DNA from: a virus
Lineage: Duplodnaviria; Caudoviricetes
Length of the DNA stretch: 64,000 bases
IMG/VR virus record: IMGVR_UViG_3300029305_011549
Span: 2,725-66,724 of that record
Strand: one strand, 5' to 3'
Shown here one piece after another: positions 9,310 through 17,529 of this stretch. The notes beneath the pieces are model-generated. The model searched no databases. It was not told where the DNA came from and was given only the letters and a program-made list of their open reading frames with translations. The position numbers and the translations under genes were made by a program. The number at the start of each line of letters is the position of its first letter. Positions within the stretch are counted from its first letter, which is position 1.

Positions 9310-9719
9310 GAGATGCTGTGATCGAAAACAGATGTTTTGGCGTCGCTGATGGTTTCCGTTACACCGTTTCGATGTACGTCTGCACTGAACTCAAGACGGT
9401 ATGTATGGTACCGATACACATTTTCAACCGTTTCAGTCCAGTGGAAGACAAAGTCATTTACAGACAAATCGTCCCATGAAGCTACTAACACCTCGGAGCC
9501 AGTTGTGGCTACCCGATAAAATCGAATGTCGACATTATCAATAGTGTCAGTTTCGGGCAGTGCGTTGATGGTAATCCGTAATTTTGCATCGCCGTTATCA
9601 TATGCATTTTCCATTGTGACACCCATAGTGTTGATCCACCGTGGCTGTACCGCATATGCAGTCATTGAGAGTGCCATGACAACAAGCAAAAATACAGATA
9701 TAAGTCTTCGGGTTTTCAT
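9306..9719 (-). CDS. Secreted/signal-peptide protein
   Basis: N-terminal KTRRLISVFLLVVMALSMTAYA signal peptide. Confidence 0.7.
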   Translation of the reverse strand: MKTRRLISVFLLVVMALSMTAYAVQPRWINTMGVTMENAYDNGDAKLRITINALPETDTIDNVDIRFYRVATTGSEVLVASWDDLSVNDFVFHWTETVENVYRYHTYRLEFSADVHRNGVTETISDAKTSVFDHSIS

Positions 9720-9798
9720 TTCGAGACCTCCGTTAAAAAATTTCCGGATAATTACTCCGGTATCTATATAACGGTGTAGATCAAATAATTACTGCATA

Positions 9799-10485
9799 TT
9801 ATTCCAGTTTTTTAACGTTTTCAGCAATTTTTACTATTTCATGTTCTGGGATGTTACTGTAAATCGCAAAGAAGTGATATCCGTTGTACCAGAAAAGTAT
9901 ATAATTATCGTCAAAATAATTCAAGTGTGCGTCTGTGCCATTAATATCTACAATTGTTGCTACCGTATTTTCGGAGTTGAAACTCATACGGCTGAAATCT
10001 TCGTCTGAAATATTGATTAAAATATATTTATCGCCTTGATTGAGTTCATCAAAACGTAGATAGGTTTCTTCTTTCTGCGTTAACTCAAACCTTTCCGGGA
10101 TATATCCAATCTCATATTCTCTTGTAGTTACAGCAGTACGATTGTTTTTTGTTGTCTCAAACGACACATATTTCTCAAACAAATCTGCAAATACATTTTT
10201 CACTTCTGCATTGACCGACGGAACCATAAGAATACCTATCAAGCCCAAATTCAGCATCACAACAAGGACAACCGACGCAATACGAAGAACGGTTCGCGTC
10301 AGTTTCCGTTGATCTGCCTTCCCGGCTTTTGCAATCATTTTCCTGATTTTCAGATCTGTTTCAGATGAAATCGTACAGGATTCCGATTCGCTTTTAAGCT
10401 TTTCAAAATCTTCCTCAATAACATCTGAAAATGCCTGCTCCAGAATGGCATCGAATACAGCTTCATCTACTTTTCTATTAACCAC
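9799..10485 (-). CDS. Single-TM putative anti-sigma factor (DUF4367-like)
   Basis: Central TM helix; C-terminal YEIGYIPERFEL...LFWYNG...EIVKIAENVK; directly follows an ECF sigma gene. Confidence 0.65.
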   Translation of the reverse strand: MVNRKVDEAVFDAILEQAFSDVIEEDFEKLKSESESCTISSETDLKIRKMIAKAGKADQRKLTRTVLRIASVVLVVMLNLGLIGILMVPSVNAEVKNVFADLFEKYVSFETTKNNRTAVTTREYEIGYIPERFELTQKEETYLRFDELNQGDKYILINISDEDFSRMSFNSENTVATIVDINGTDAHLNYFDDNYILFWYNGYHFFAIYSNIPEHEIVKIAENVKKLE

Positions 10486-11041
10486 GATCGTAATTCTCCT
10501 GTATCATTTTCCGCAGCACTTGTTTACCCCTGAATATACGCGCATTCACCGACTTCTCCGATAATCCCAACGCCTGTGCGATTTCCCATTCTTTCATGCG
10601 CAGTACATATTTCAGTTCACATACTTCTCGGTAGGTATCGCTCATTTTTCGAATGCAGGATTTCAGAAATTCGTATCCTTCTTGGTCGATAATCTTATCA
10701 ATAACAGTCGGAGAATCTTCGCTCAATATCTGTATATATTCTTCGTCAATGTGAGTATATTTCTGTTCTATGCGGAGAATATCATAAGAACATGAGCGGA
10801 TGGTCGCCAGTAGGTAAGCCCGTCTCTTTTCCGGACATAATTCTTTCAAAAGATCGATTTTCGGAATCAGCTTTATGAAGGTGTTATGCAGCACATCTTC
10901 CGCAAACCGTTCGTTTACCAGCGACCGTGCGTACAGTTTCATATCATTGCTGTATGCTATGTATAACTGTTCGAAGAAGTCTCGGTCGTTCTCATTTTCG
11001 ATCGCCGACAAATATAACGTCAAAGATATCAAAACTTGCAC
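10478..11041 (-). CDS. ECF-type RNA polymerase sigma-70 factor
   Basis: FEQLY...AEDVLHNTFIKL (region 2) and YREVCELKY...EIAQALGLSEKSVNARIFRGKQVLR (region 4). Confidence 0.88.
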   Translation of the reverse strand: MQVLISLTLYLSAIENENDRDFFEQLYIAYSNDMKLYARSLVNERFAEDVLHNTFIKLIPKIDLLKELCPEKRRAYLLATIRSCSYDILRIEQKYTHIDEEYIQILSEDSPTVIDKIIDQEGYEFLKSCIRKMSDTYREVCELKYVLRMKEWEIAQALGLSEKSVNARIFRGKQVLRKMIQENYDRG

Positions 11042-11187
11042 CTCGCATTGTTTATATAGTCATATTATATCATATATTTCACCAGATGGCAAGTCTTGAT
11101 TGTTTTTTGGGAGGGAAAACATTTTATGGAAAACAGGAGATGAAACACGATATGTAAAATATAAATCCAAACGGTAAAGAATTAAAT

Positions 11188-11466
11188 ATCTGCAATGCAT
11201 TATATTCTTCGGAATATGCTCCTCGCTGTCAGCGGGAGTAACATTTTGTCAGGACAACCAAGCACCGGCGGGCACGTCGACTTGCATCTTGGTGCCGGCA
11301 GCTGAGCTGCGACCTCCCAGTCGCACACCCAAAAACTCATTGCGCTACAACACAACACTGACAAAACACCATCCAACACGAGTCATCCTGCAACAAATAA
11401 ATCTTATAAAATTAAATCTTATAAAATCAGATCCAACGCGCAGCTTTACTTACAAAGATTGCAGAT
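11188..11466 (+). ncRNA. Retron-like msr/msd RNA, copy 2 (orphan, at the head of the tRNA cluster)
   Basis: Terminal IR ATCTGCAAT (11188-11196)/ATTGCAGAT (11458-11466), G at 11197; 38/45 gapless identity to 5634-5678 at 11218-11262; UUCG hairpin at 11202-11217; A/C-rich body. Confidence 0.8.
11398..11427 (+). repeat. Tandem 15-bp direct repeat TAAATCTTATAAAAT x2 inside ncRNA copy 2
   Basis: Exact copies at 11398-11412 and 11413-11427. Confidence 0.9.
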
Positions 11467-11501
11467 TACATCATCGGAGTGGCAGTCATACCGCTCCATA
11501 C

Positions 11502-11578
11502 GCACCGGTAACTCAGTTTGGCAGAGTATGCGACCTTTAATCGCAGAGTCGGAGGTTCGAATCCTCTTCGGTGCACCA
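11502..11578 (+). tRNA. tRNA-Lys (UUU)
   Basis: Cloverleaf; anticodon arm TGCGA-CCTTTAA-TCGCA; encoded CCA. Confidence 0.92.
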
Positions 11579-11581
11579 TAC

Positions 11582-11668
11582 GGGGAGTTGGCCGAATTGG
11601 CAAGGCAGCGGTCTTGAAAACCGCCGATCCGAAAGGTTCTGTGGGTTCGAATCCCACACTCCCCGCCA
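11582..11668 (+). tRNA. tRNA-Ser (UGA)
   Basis: GCGGT-CTTGAAA-ACCGC anticodon arm, long variable arm, encoded CCA. Confidence 0.93.
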
Positions 11669-11671
11669 TAT

Positions 11672-11748
11672 GCCGCAGTCGCTCAGAGGTCGAGAGCACC
11701 TGCCTTCCAAGCAGGAAACCGCGGGTTCGAATCCCGTCTGCGGCTCCA
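11672..11748 (+). tRNA. tRNA-Gly (UCC)
   Basis: CCTGC-CTTCCAA-GCAGG anticodon arm, encoded CCA. Confidence 0.93.
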
Positions 11749-11751
11749 TGC

Positions 11752-11828
11752 GGGTCGATAGCTCAGTTGGTAAGAGCATCCGGCTCATAACCGGACGGTC
11801 TTGGGTTCAAGTCCCAAACGACCCACCA
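11752..11828 (+). tRNA. tRNA with CAU anticodon (elongator Met or Ile2)
   Basis: TCCGG-CTCATAA-CCGGA anticodon arm, encoded CCA; identity not resolvable by eye. Confidence 0.9.
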
Positions 11829-11962
11829 CCGACGATAATAGGTAAGTCGAGTTCCATGTTGTGTTTCCCAAGAGTTGTTGTGTGAAAATAGTTTATGTTT
11901 CGGTGTTCTCCGTTTCCTATTGACGGAGTGGCACCGATATTTTATTGAATTGGAGGCTTTGT

Positions 11963-12232
11963 ATGAAAGGGACAAGAAGCATTGAAGCGCGTCAGTCCGA
12001 CTTTATCCGCGAGCTGCTCAAAAAGCAGAAGGAAGCGGAGGATGCACTGGAAAGGGAACGTGCTTCGCACAAACAGGACGTAGCTTTCCTGACCCGGGTA
12101 GTAATCGCCGCACTTCTGGATATCCCGGGAAACAGAGTTACTCTTTCAAAATATACCCCGCAAGATGCGGATTTCACGCTTGATGAAAACATCTCCGGTG
12201 AGATGATTATCATTCTCGGCAATACCCATTGA
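11963..12232 (+). CDS. Hypothetical protein
   Basis: RBS GGAGG; N-terminal coiled coil. Confidence 0.6.
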   Translation: MKGTRSIEARQSDFIRELLKKQKEAEDALERERASHKQDVAFLTRVVIAALLDIPGNRVTLSKYTPQDADFTLDENISGEMIIILGNTH

Positions 12233-12258
12233 TTTTTTTATATCAGGAGGATTTTCCA

Positions 12259-12828
12259 ATGAAAGCACTTGTAATCGTTGATATGCAGAATGACTTTGTG
12301 ACCGGTCCGCTCGGAAGCGCCGAGGCACAGGCGGTGGTTCCACGCATCGTGGATAAACTGCGGTCGCTCTCCGACCTTGATACCGTTGTTCTTCTGACAA
12401 AGGACACACATCATGAAAACTACCTCGAAACAGAGGAGGGAAAGCATCTCCCCGTTCCGCACTGTATCGAGGGAACCCACGGATGGAGTATCTGCCGTGA
12501 TATTTCGCAGGAGGTCGACCATGGCATGTATATTACATACAGTGCGGATGATGTCGTGAAGAGCAGGGTTCTCAAAAATACATTCGGCTCTGTCGAGCTT
12601 GCGGAAATTTTGCAAAACATCCATGAAAACCACGGGCTTGAGGAAATCATCTTCGTCGGTGTCTGTACCGGAATCTGTGTGATTTCCAACGTCCTTTTGA
12701 CAAAGGCGTTTCTGCCCGAAATTCCGATTACCGTAGATGCGTCCTGCTGTGCCTGCGTAACCCCGCAGTCCCATAAGACAGCACTCGATGCAATGCGTCT
12801 TTGCCAGATCAATATTGAGGGGGAATAA
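12259..12828 (+). CDS. pncA: Nicotinamidase (isochorismatase family)
   Basis: LVIVDMQNDF, TKDTH, PHC...GW, GVCTGICV catalytic motifs. Confidence 0.88.
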   Translation: MKALVIVDMQNDFVTGPLGSAEAQAVVPRIVDKLRSLSDLDTVVLLTKDTHHENYLETEEGKHLPVPHCIEGTHGWSICRDISQEVDHGMYITYSADDVVKSRVLKNTFGSVELAEILQNIHENHGLEEIIFVGVCTGICVISNVLLTKAFLPEIPITVDASCCACVTPQSHKTALDAMRLCQINIEGE

Positions 12829-12830
12829 CG

Positions 12831-13631
12831 ATGATCTTAATCAACGGAGAACCTTATACAACAGACGTCTTCCCGGACTCCACAAGGAAGTATACGCTTC
12901 TGAAAAACTATGATCCCGGTGTGATAGATGTCACGTGGTGCTTTGATGACGACAGTGAGACGCTCACACTGTATTACATCTGCCGTCATCTGCGCGAAAT
13001 CGGATGTATTCTCGATCACCTCTGGATGCCCTATGTCCCGAACGCCAGAATGGATCGCGTGAAAACCGATGAGGAAGTGTTCATGCTGAAGTATTTCGCA
13101 GAACTGATTAACTACCTCGGATTCAATAGTGTCGTGATTTTGGATCCGCACTCCAATGTAACCCCGGCTCTGATCAGAAACGTCAGGGTTTTGTCTCCGA
13201 AGCCGTATATCCAAACTGCGGTCGACGAGATTGATGCGGAGAACCTTGTGTTGTTCTATCCGGACGAGGGCGCAATGAAGCGGTATAGCGAGATGGTAAA
13301 GCACCCGTATCTGTTCGGTGTCAAGAACAGAGACTGGAGTACCGGTGTTATCAGAAGCCTTGATGTTATTGGCGATACTTCGCTCGTCCGTGATAATCCC
13401 GTTCTGATCGTCGATGATATCTGCTGTCGCGGCGGTACGTTTCTCTCCTCTGCGGTGAAGCTCAGAGAGCTTGGCGCAAGCAAAGTGTACCTGTATGTCA
13501 CACACTGCGAGAATACCATGCTCGACGGTTTGATTCCGAAGTCCGATCTGATCGATCGTGTATATACAACCGACAGTCTGTTTACAAAACAGCATGAGAA
13601 AGTGAGGGTTCTGCAAATTGTTTCACATTAA
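12831..13631 (+). CDS. PRPP-synthetase-like protein (possibly ADPR-PP synthetase)
   Basis: MPYVPNARMDR, LDPHS, YPDEGA, LIVDDICCRGGTF PRT motif. Confidence 0.85.
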   Translation: MILINGEPYTTDVFPDSTRKYTLLKNYDPGVIDVTWCFDDDSETLTLYYICRHLREIGCILDHLWMPYVPNARMDRVKTDEEVFMLKYFAELINYLGFNSVVILDPHSNVTPALIRNVRVLSPKPYIQTAVDEIDAENLVLFYPDEGAMKRYSEMVKHPYLFGVKNRDWSTGVIRSLDVIGDTSLVRDNPVLIVDDICCRGGTFLSSAVKLRELGASKVYLYVTHCENTMLDGLIPKSDLIDRVYTTDSLFTKQHEKVRVLQIVSH

Positions 13632-15105
13632 TCCGATGCTCTTAATTGACTTCTATAAAGCCGTACACGCGGAAATGCTTCCCGACGGTATCACAAAGTC
13701 AGTGTCGTACTTCACACCTCGTATGAGCCGCGTAAACCGCTGGAATCACATCGTGTTCTTCGGTCTTCAGGCGTTTATCAAAACCTACTTAATCGATTAT
13801 TTCAACACAGAGTTTTTTGAAAAGCCGTTCGATGAGGTAATCGGTGAATACAGCCGCGTCATGGATGCGGCACTCGGTTCCGATGCTTATAAGATTGGAA
13901 AAATCGAGCGTCTTCATAAACTCGGCTATCTTCCGATCGAGATTTTTGCACTACCCGAGGGAACCGAGGTTCCGATGCATGTCCCGATGTTCGGTATTAC
14001 AAACACACACCCGGACTTTGCGTGGCTCCCGCAGTCTCTGGAATCCCTGATTTCGGCTGAGATGTGGCATCCGATGCTCGCCGCAACCGTCGGCAAGACT
14101 TACCGCGATATCGTAAATCACTTCTACAACCTCACCTGCGACGATCATCTTCCGAGAGCAAAGGCGCTCGGCGCGTTCGATTTCCGAGGCGAGGAATGCC
14201 TGCAATCGGCAGTCAAAGCCGGCGCCGGCTGGTGTCTGTCGTTTCTGAATACAGCCACTGTTCCGACCGTTCCGTTCCTTGAACAGATGTATAACTGCGA
14301 CTGCACAAAAGAGCCTGTCGCTTTCGGCTCGCCGAGTACCGAGCACGCTGTCATGTGTTCTAATTATGCTGTCGACGGAGATGAAGAAACGCTTCTGCGC
14401 AGACTCCTGACAGAAATCTATCCGAATACGAGTTTTTCCGCCGTCCTCGATTCTTACGATTACTGGAATGTTATCGACAACATCCTCCCGAAGTTGAAGC
14501 CGGAAATCATGGCACACAAAGGCTGTATGCTGATGCGCGGCGATTCCGGAGATTGCGTGGAAGTCGTATATAAGACGGTTCTGAAGCTCTGGGAGCAGTT
14601 CGGCGGAACGGTCAACTCCAAGGGTTATAAGGTGCTCGACCCGCACGTCAAGGCCATCTACGGCGACAGTATTACGGTTCAGAGATGCGAGCGCATCTAT
14701 CAGCTCCTTGAGGATGCTGGGTTTGCGGCGTGCAACGTCGCGCTTGGTGTAGGCTCTTTCTCGTTCCAGTGCATCGAGGAAGACGGTGTTCTCAAACCCT
14801 TCACCAGAGATACATTCTCGTCCTGTATCAAGGCAACCTACTGTGAGATCAACGGAACGCCGACTCCGATTTTCAAAGACCCCAAGGACGGCGGTTTCAA
14901 AAAATCGCAAAAGGGCTGCTGTATTGTGTCAAGAGATACCGCAACGGGTGAGCTTTTCTACACCGACGGGCATGACTTCAACGAGGCAAAAATCGCGTGC
15001 TGCACCGGAGTTAATCTACTGCAGACAATTTTTGCAGATGGTGTTCTGATCGAGGAAGCAACACTTTCTGATATCAGAAACAGACTGCACGGAGGAAATT
15101 TCTAA
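13618..15105 (+). CDS. Nicotinamide/nicotinate phosphoribosyltransferase-like (NAMPT family)
   Basis: LLIDFYKAVH, FDFRG, STEHAVM, SAVLDSYD, MRGDSGD, IYGDSIT, FKDPK. Confidence 0.9.
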   Translation: MFHINPMLLIDFYKAVHAEMLPDGITKSVSYFTPRMSRVNRWNHIVFFGLQAFIKTYLIDYFNTEFFEKPFDEVIGEYSRVMDAALGSDAYKIGKIERLHKLGYLPIEIFALPEGTEVPMHVPMFGITNTHPDFAWLPQSLESLISAEMWHPMLAATVGKTYRDIVNHFYNLTCDDHLPRAKALGAFDFRGEECLQSAVKAGAGWCLSFLNTATVPTVPFLEQMYNCDCTKEPVAFGSPSTEHAVMCSNYAVDGDEETLLRRLLTEIYPNTSFSAVLDSYDYWNVIDNILPKLKPEIMAHKGCMLMRGDSGDCVEVVYKTVLKLWEQFGGTVNSKGYKVLDPHVKAIYGDSITVQRCERIYQLLEDAGFAACNVALGVGSFSFQCIEEDGVLKPFTRDTFSSCIKATYCEINGTPTPIFKDPKDGGFKKSQKGCCIVSRDTATGELFYTDGHDFNEAKIACCTGVNLLQTIFADGVLIEEATLSDIRNRLHGGNF

Positions 15106-15881
15106 TGAGTAACTTTGAACCGAAACACACAAAAGACCGTATTGTTACATGGATTCGTGATTGGTTTTCCAAAAACGGACCGGAGTGCCGTGCGGTAATC
15201 GGAATTTCCGGCGGTAAGGATTCCACCGTTGTTGCTGCACTCTGTGTGGAAGCGCTCGGCGCAGACAGGGTTTTCGGTGTGCTGATGCCCAATGGTGAGC
15301 AGCCAGACATCGACATCGCCGAGTTTGTCGTAAACACACTCGGTATTCATAGCATCACGGTAAACATCGAGGATATCGTGTCGTCCGTATACCAGTCAGT
15401 CACCTGCGGCATTTATGATCTATACCGTCAGGGCGGTGACAGATTCAACTTTTCCGAACAAACCCGTATCAATCTTCCTCCGAGAATCAGAATGTCTGTA
15501 CTGTATGCGATTTCCCAGTCCATCGGCGGGCGTGTAGCCTGTACCTGTAACCTTTCGGAGGAATATATCGGATACTCCACAAGATGGGGCGACAGCGTCG
15601 GCGATTTCGCACCGATTGCAGATCTGACAACCGCAGAGGTAATCGAGGTTGGTGAGGCACTCGGACTCCCGCGACTCCTCACAAGAAAGATTCCGATCGA
15701 CGGCTTGTGCGGAAAGACAGATGAGGAAAATTTCGGATTCACCTACCGTGCTTTGAACGGTGTGATTCGCGGAAACGATTCCGTTGTGTCAGACGAAGAC
15801 CGTCTCGCAATTAACATCCTGCATAAAACTTCGGAGTTTAAGAGAAACCCGATTCCGTATTTCCATCTGGAGGAATCATGA
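15105..15881 (+). CDS. nadE: NH3-dependent NAD+ synthetase
   Basis: IGISGGKDS, RIRMSVLY, GYSTRWGDSVGDFAPI, DGLCGKTDE. Confidence 0.92.
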   Translation: MSNFEPKHTKDRIVTWIRDWFSKNGPECRAVIGISGGKDSTVVAALCVEALGADRVFGVLMPNGEQPDIDIAEFVVNTLGIHSITVNIEDIVSSVYQSVTCGIYDLYRQGGDRFNFSEQTRINLPPRIRMSVLYAISQSIGGRVACTCNLSEEYIGYSTRWGDSVGDFAPIADLTTAEVIEVGEALGLPRLLTRKIPIDGLCGKTDEENFGFTYRALNGVIRGNDSVVSDEDRLAINILHKTSEFKRNPIPYFHLEES

Positions 15882-16324
15882 GCCATATATGCAAAGCCTG
15901 CGGGGTATCTACGGAGTATTACGTAAACGGTATGTGCGGCGCATGTTATCGGTATTTCCGCCTCGGCGGTACACAAAATCCGATTCCGCCGCCCGGTACC
16001 ATCGCATACGATATTCGAGGTATGGTAATTTGTCATATCTGCGGACGTGCTTATAAGCGGCTCGGAAGTCACTCCAGAGAAAGTCATGATATGACAATCG
16101 AGGCGTATAAGGAAATGTTCGGCTTGTGCAGAAGCGCAAAAACAACAGAGGAGCTGTATCACCTCCGGATGAGAACACATGCCATCGAAAACAATATGCC
16201 CAAACGGCTGGAGGAGGTCGGACGGAACACAAGAATTCAGCCCGGAGACAACAGCTACAGAAAAGATAAACCGGTCAGATTGCAGGAAATTCTCGATAAG
16301 AGAAACCGCGGCAATCCGGTTTGA
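15878..16324 (+). CDS. Zinc-finger protein with MucR/Ros-like domain
   Basis: VICHICGRAYKRLGSH...HDMTIEAYKEMFGL. Confidence 0.65.
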   Translation: MSHICKACGVSTEYYVNGMCGACYRYFRLGGTQNPIPPPGTIAYDIRGMVICHICGRAYKRLGSHSRESHDMTIEAYKEMFGLCRSAKTTEELYHLRMRTHAIENNMPKRLEEVGRNTRIQPGDNSYRKDKPVRLQEILDKRNRGNPV

Positions 16325-16577
16325 TTTATAAAAACGATCTTGGCTCAATTTACAATGAAAATGGACTACTGTATCGTACGGTTTACATATCAGATACTGC
16401 AGTCACTCCTCGCGGTTCGCAGGAGTTCGGATGCGACAATCAGGTTCGTTCTGACGAGTTTACGGAGAAGAGAAATCAGGGATTTCTCTTCGCACGTAAA
16501 CCGCAGAACAGAGAGGCGAACCAGTTCGACCCTTATTCGGATTGTAAATCAGGATCGAAAAAGAAAGGATGATACAT

Positions 16578-17069
16578 ATGAGGAAAGTTCTGACGGTGAT
16601 AAACATTGACGAGGCTTTTGCAGAGGCATATGCCGAAACAAACGGCTTTGAATACCCTGGTCCGGGTGATTACCTTGAGCGGGAATTCAAATGGCTTAAT
16701 GGCAGCGGTATTACCCTTGATGCATATCTCATTGCTGACGCAGACGACGAGTATGAGCGCGACGCGTATCTTGCATATCTGGCAGAGTGGATTTTTGTAC
16801 ATCCGGATGTGGAGGATACGGAAAGTCCGCTTTCGTACGAGGCATGGAGGATAAGAACGCATATAGATAATGCGTTGATTTCTGAATATACGGCTGCTAT
16901 CATTGACGTGTTTGAGGATGTACTTACCGAGCACGATATGTATATTCCGGACGATTTCCGGGAAGGAGAGGAAGGCGAGGCTTGTATTTACGGTGATACC
17001 TATTATCAGCTGGAAGAAAAAATCAAGAAACTGCTTGGAGGAGTGAGTGCAGATGTTAAAAATCGTTGA
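16578..17069 (+). CDS. Hypothetical protein
   Basis: ORF with RBS AAGGA. Confidence 0.6.
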   Translation: MRKVLTVINIDEAFAEAYAETNGFEYPGPGDYLEREFKWLNGSGITLDAYLIADADDEYERDAYLAYLAEWIFVHPDVEDTESPLSYEAWRIRTHIDNALISEYTAAIIDVFEDVLTEHDMYIPDDFREGEEGEACIYGDTYYQLEEKIKKLLGGVSADVKNR

Positions 17070-17517
17070 GGGAGATATCTTTGAAAGCGGTGCGGATGCC
17101 ATTCTGCATCAGGTCAACTGTCAGGGCGTAATGGGAAGCGGAGTAGCAAAGCAGGTAAGAGACCGATACCCGTGGGTTTTTGCCGAATACCGCGACATGT
17201 GCTTTCCGGCCAAAATTGGTATCAAAAAGACAAGTGATCTTCTGGGACGTATTCAGTCTGTGTATATCAATGAGACACAAAAGATCGTAAATCTGTTCGC
17301 GCAGGATCACTTCGGCTATGACGGGAAATGCTACACGGACTACGACAGTCTGAAGGAATGTCTGCGTGTGGTTGATATTCTGTTTGCCGGAAGCACGGTT
17401 GCGATCCCTTATCTGATGGGATGCCACAGAGGCGGAGGTGATTGGGAGATTGTCTCCAAGATGATCGAGGATACCCTGCAGGACTGCAATGTTACGCTGT
17501 ATAAATATACAAAGTAA
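17053..17517 (+). CDS. Macro domain (ADP-ribose hydrolase/binding) protein
   Basis: VEGDIFESGADAILHQVNCQGVMGSGVAKQ ... IPYLMGCHRGGGDW. Confidence 0.9.
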   Translation: MLKIVEGDIFESGADAILHQVNCQGVMGSGVAKQVRDRYPWVFAEYRDMCFPAKIGIKKTSDLLGRIQSVYINETQKIVNLFAQDHFGYDGKCYTDYDSLKECLRVVDILFAGSTVAIPYLMGCHRGGGDWEIVSKMIEDTLQDCNVTLYKYTK

Positions 17518-17529
17518 AGGAGAAATTGT

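Noticed and set aside
11289-11885. ORFs overlapping ncRNA copy 2 and the tRNA cluster
   Set aside because: They overlap clear tRNA cloverleafs and the structured RNA.
11845-11940. T/G-rich stretch after the tRNAs with partial complementarity to ncRNA copy 1 (TCGAGTT, GTTGTGTTT)
   Set aside because: Matches are short, interrupted and low-complexity; the following hairpin is adequately explained as a terminator or processing stem.
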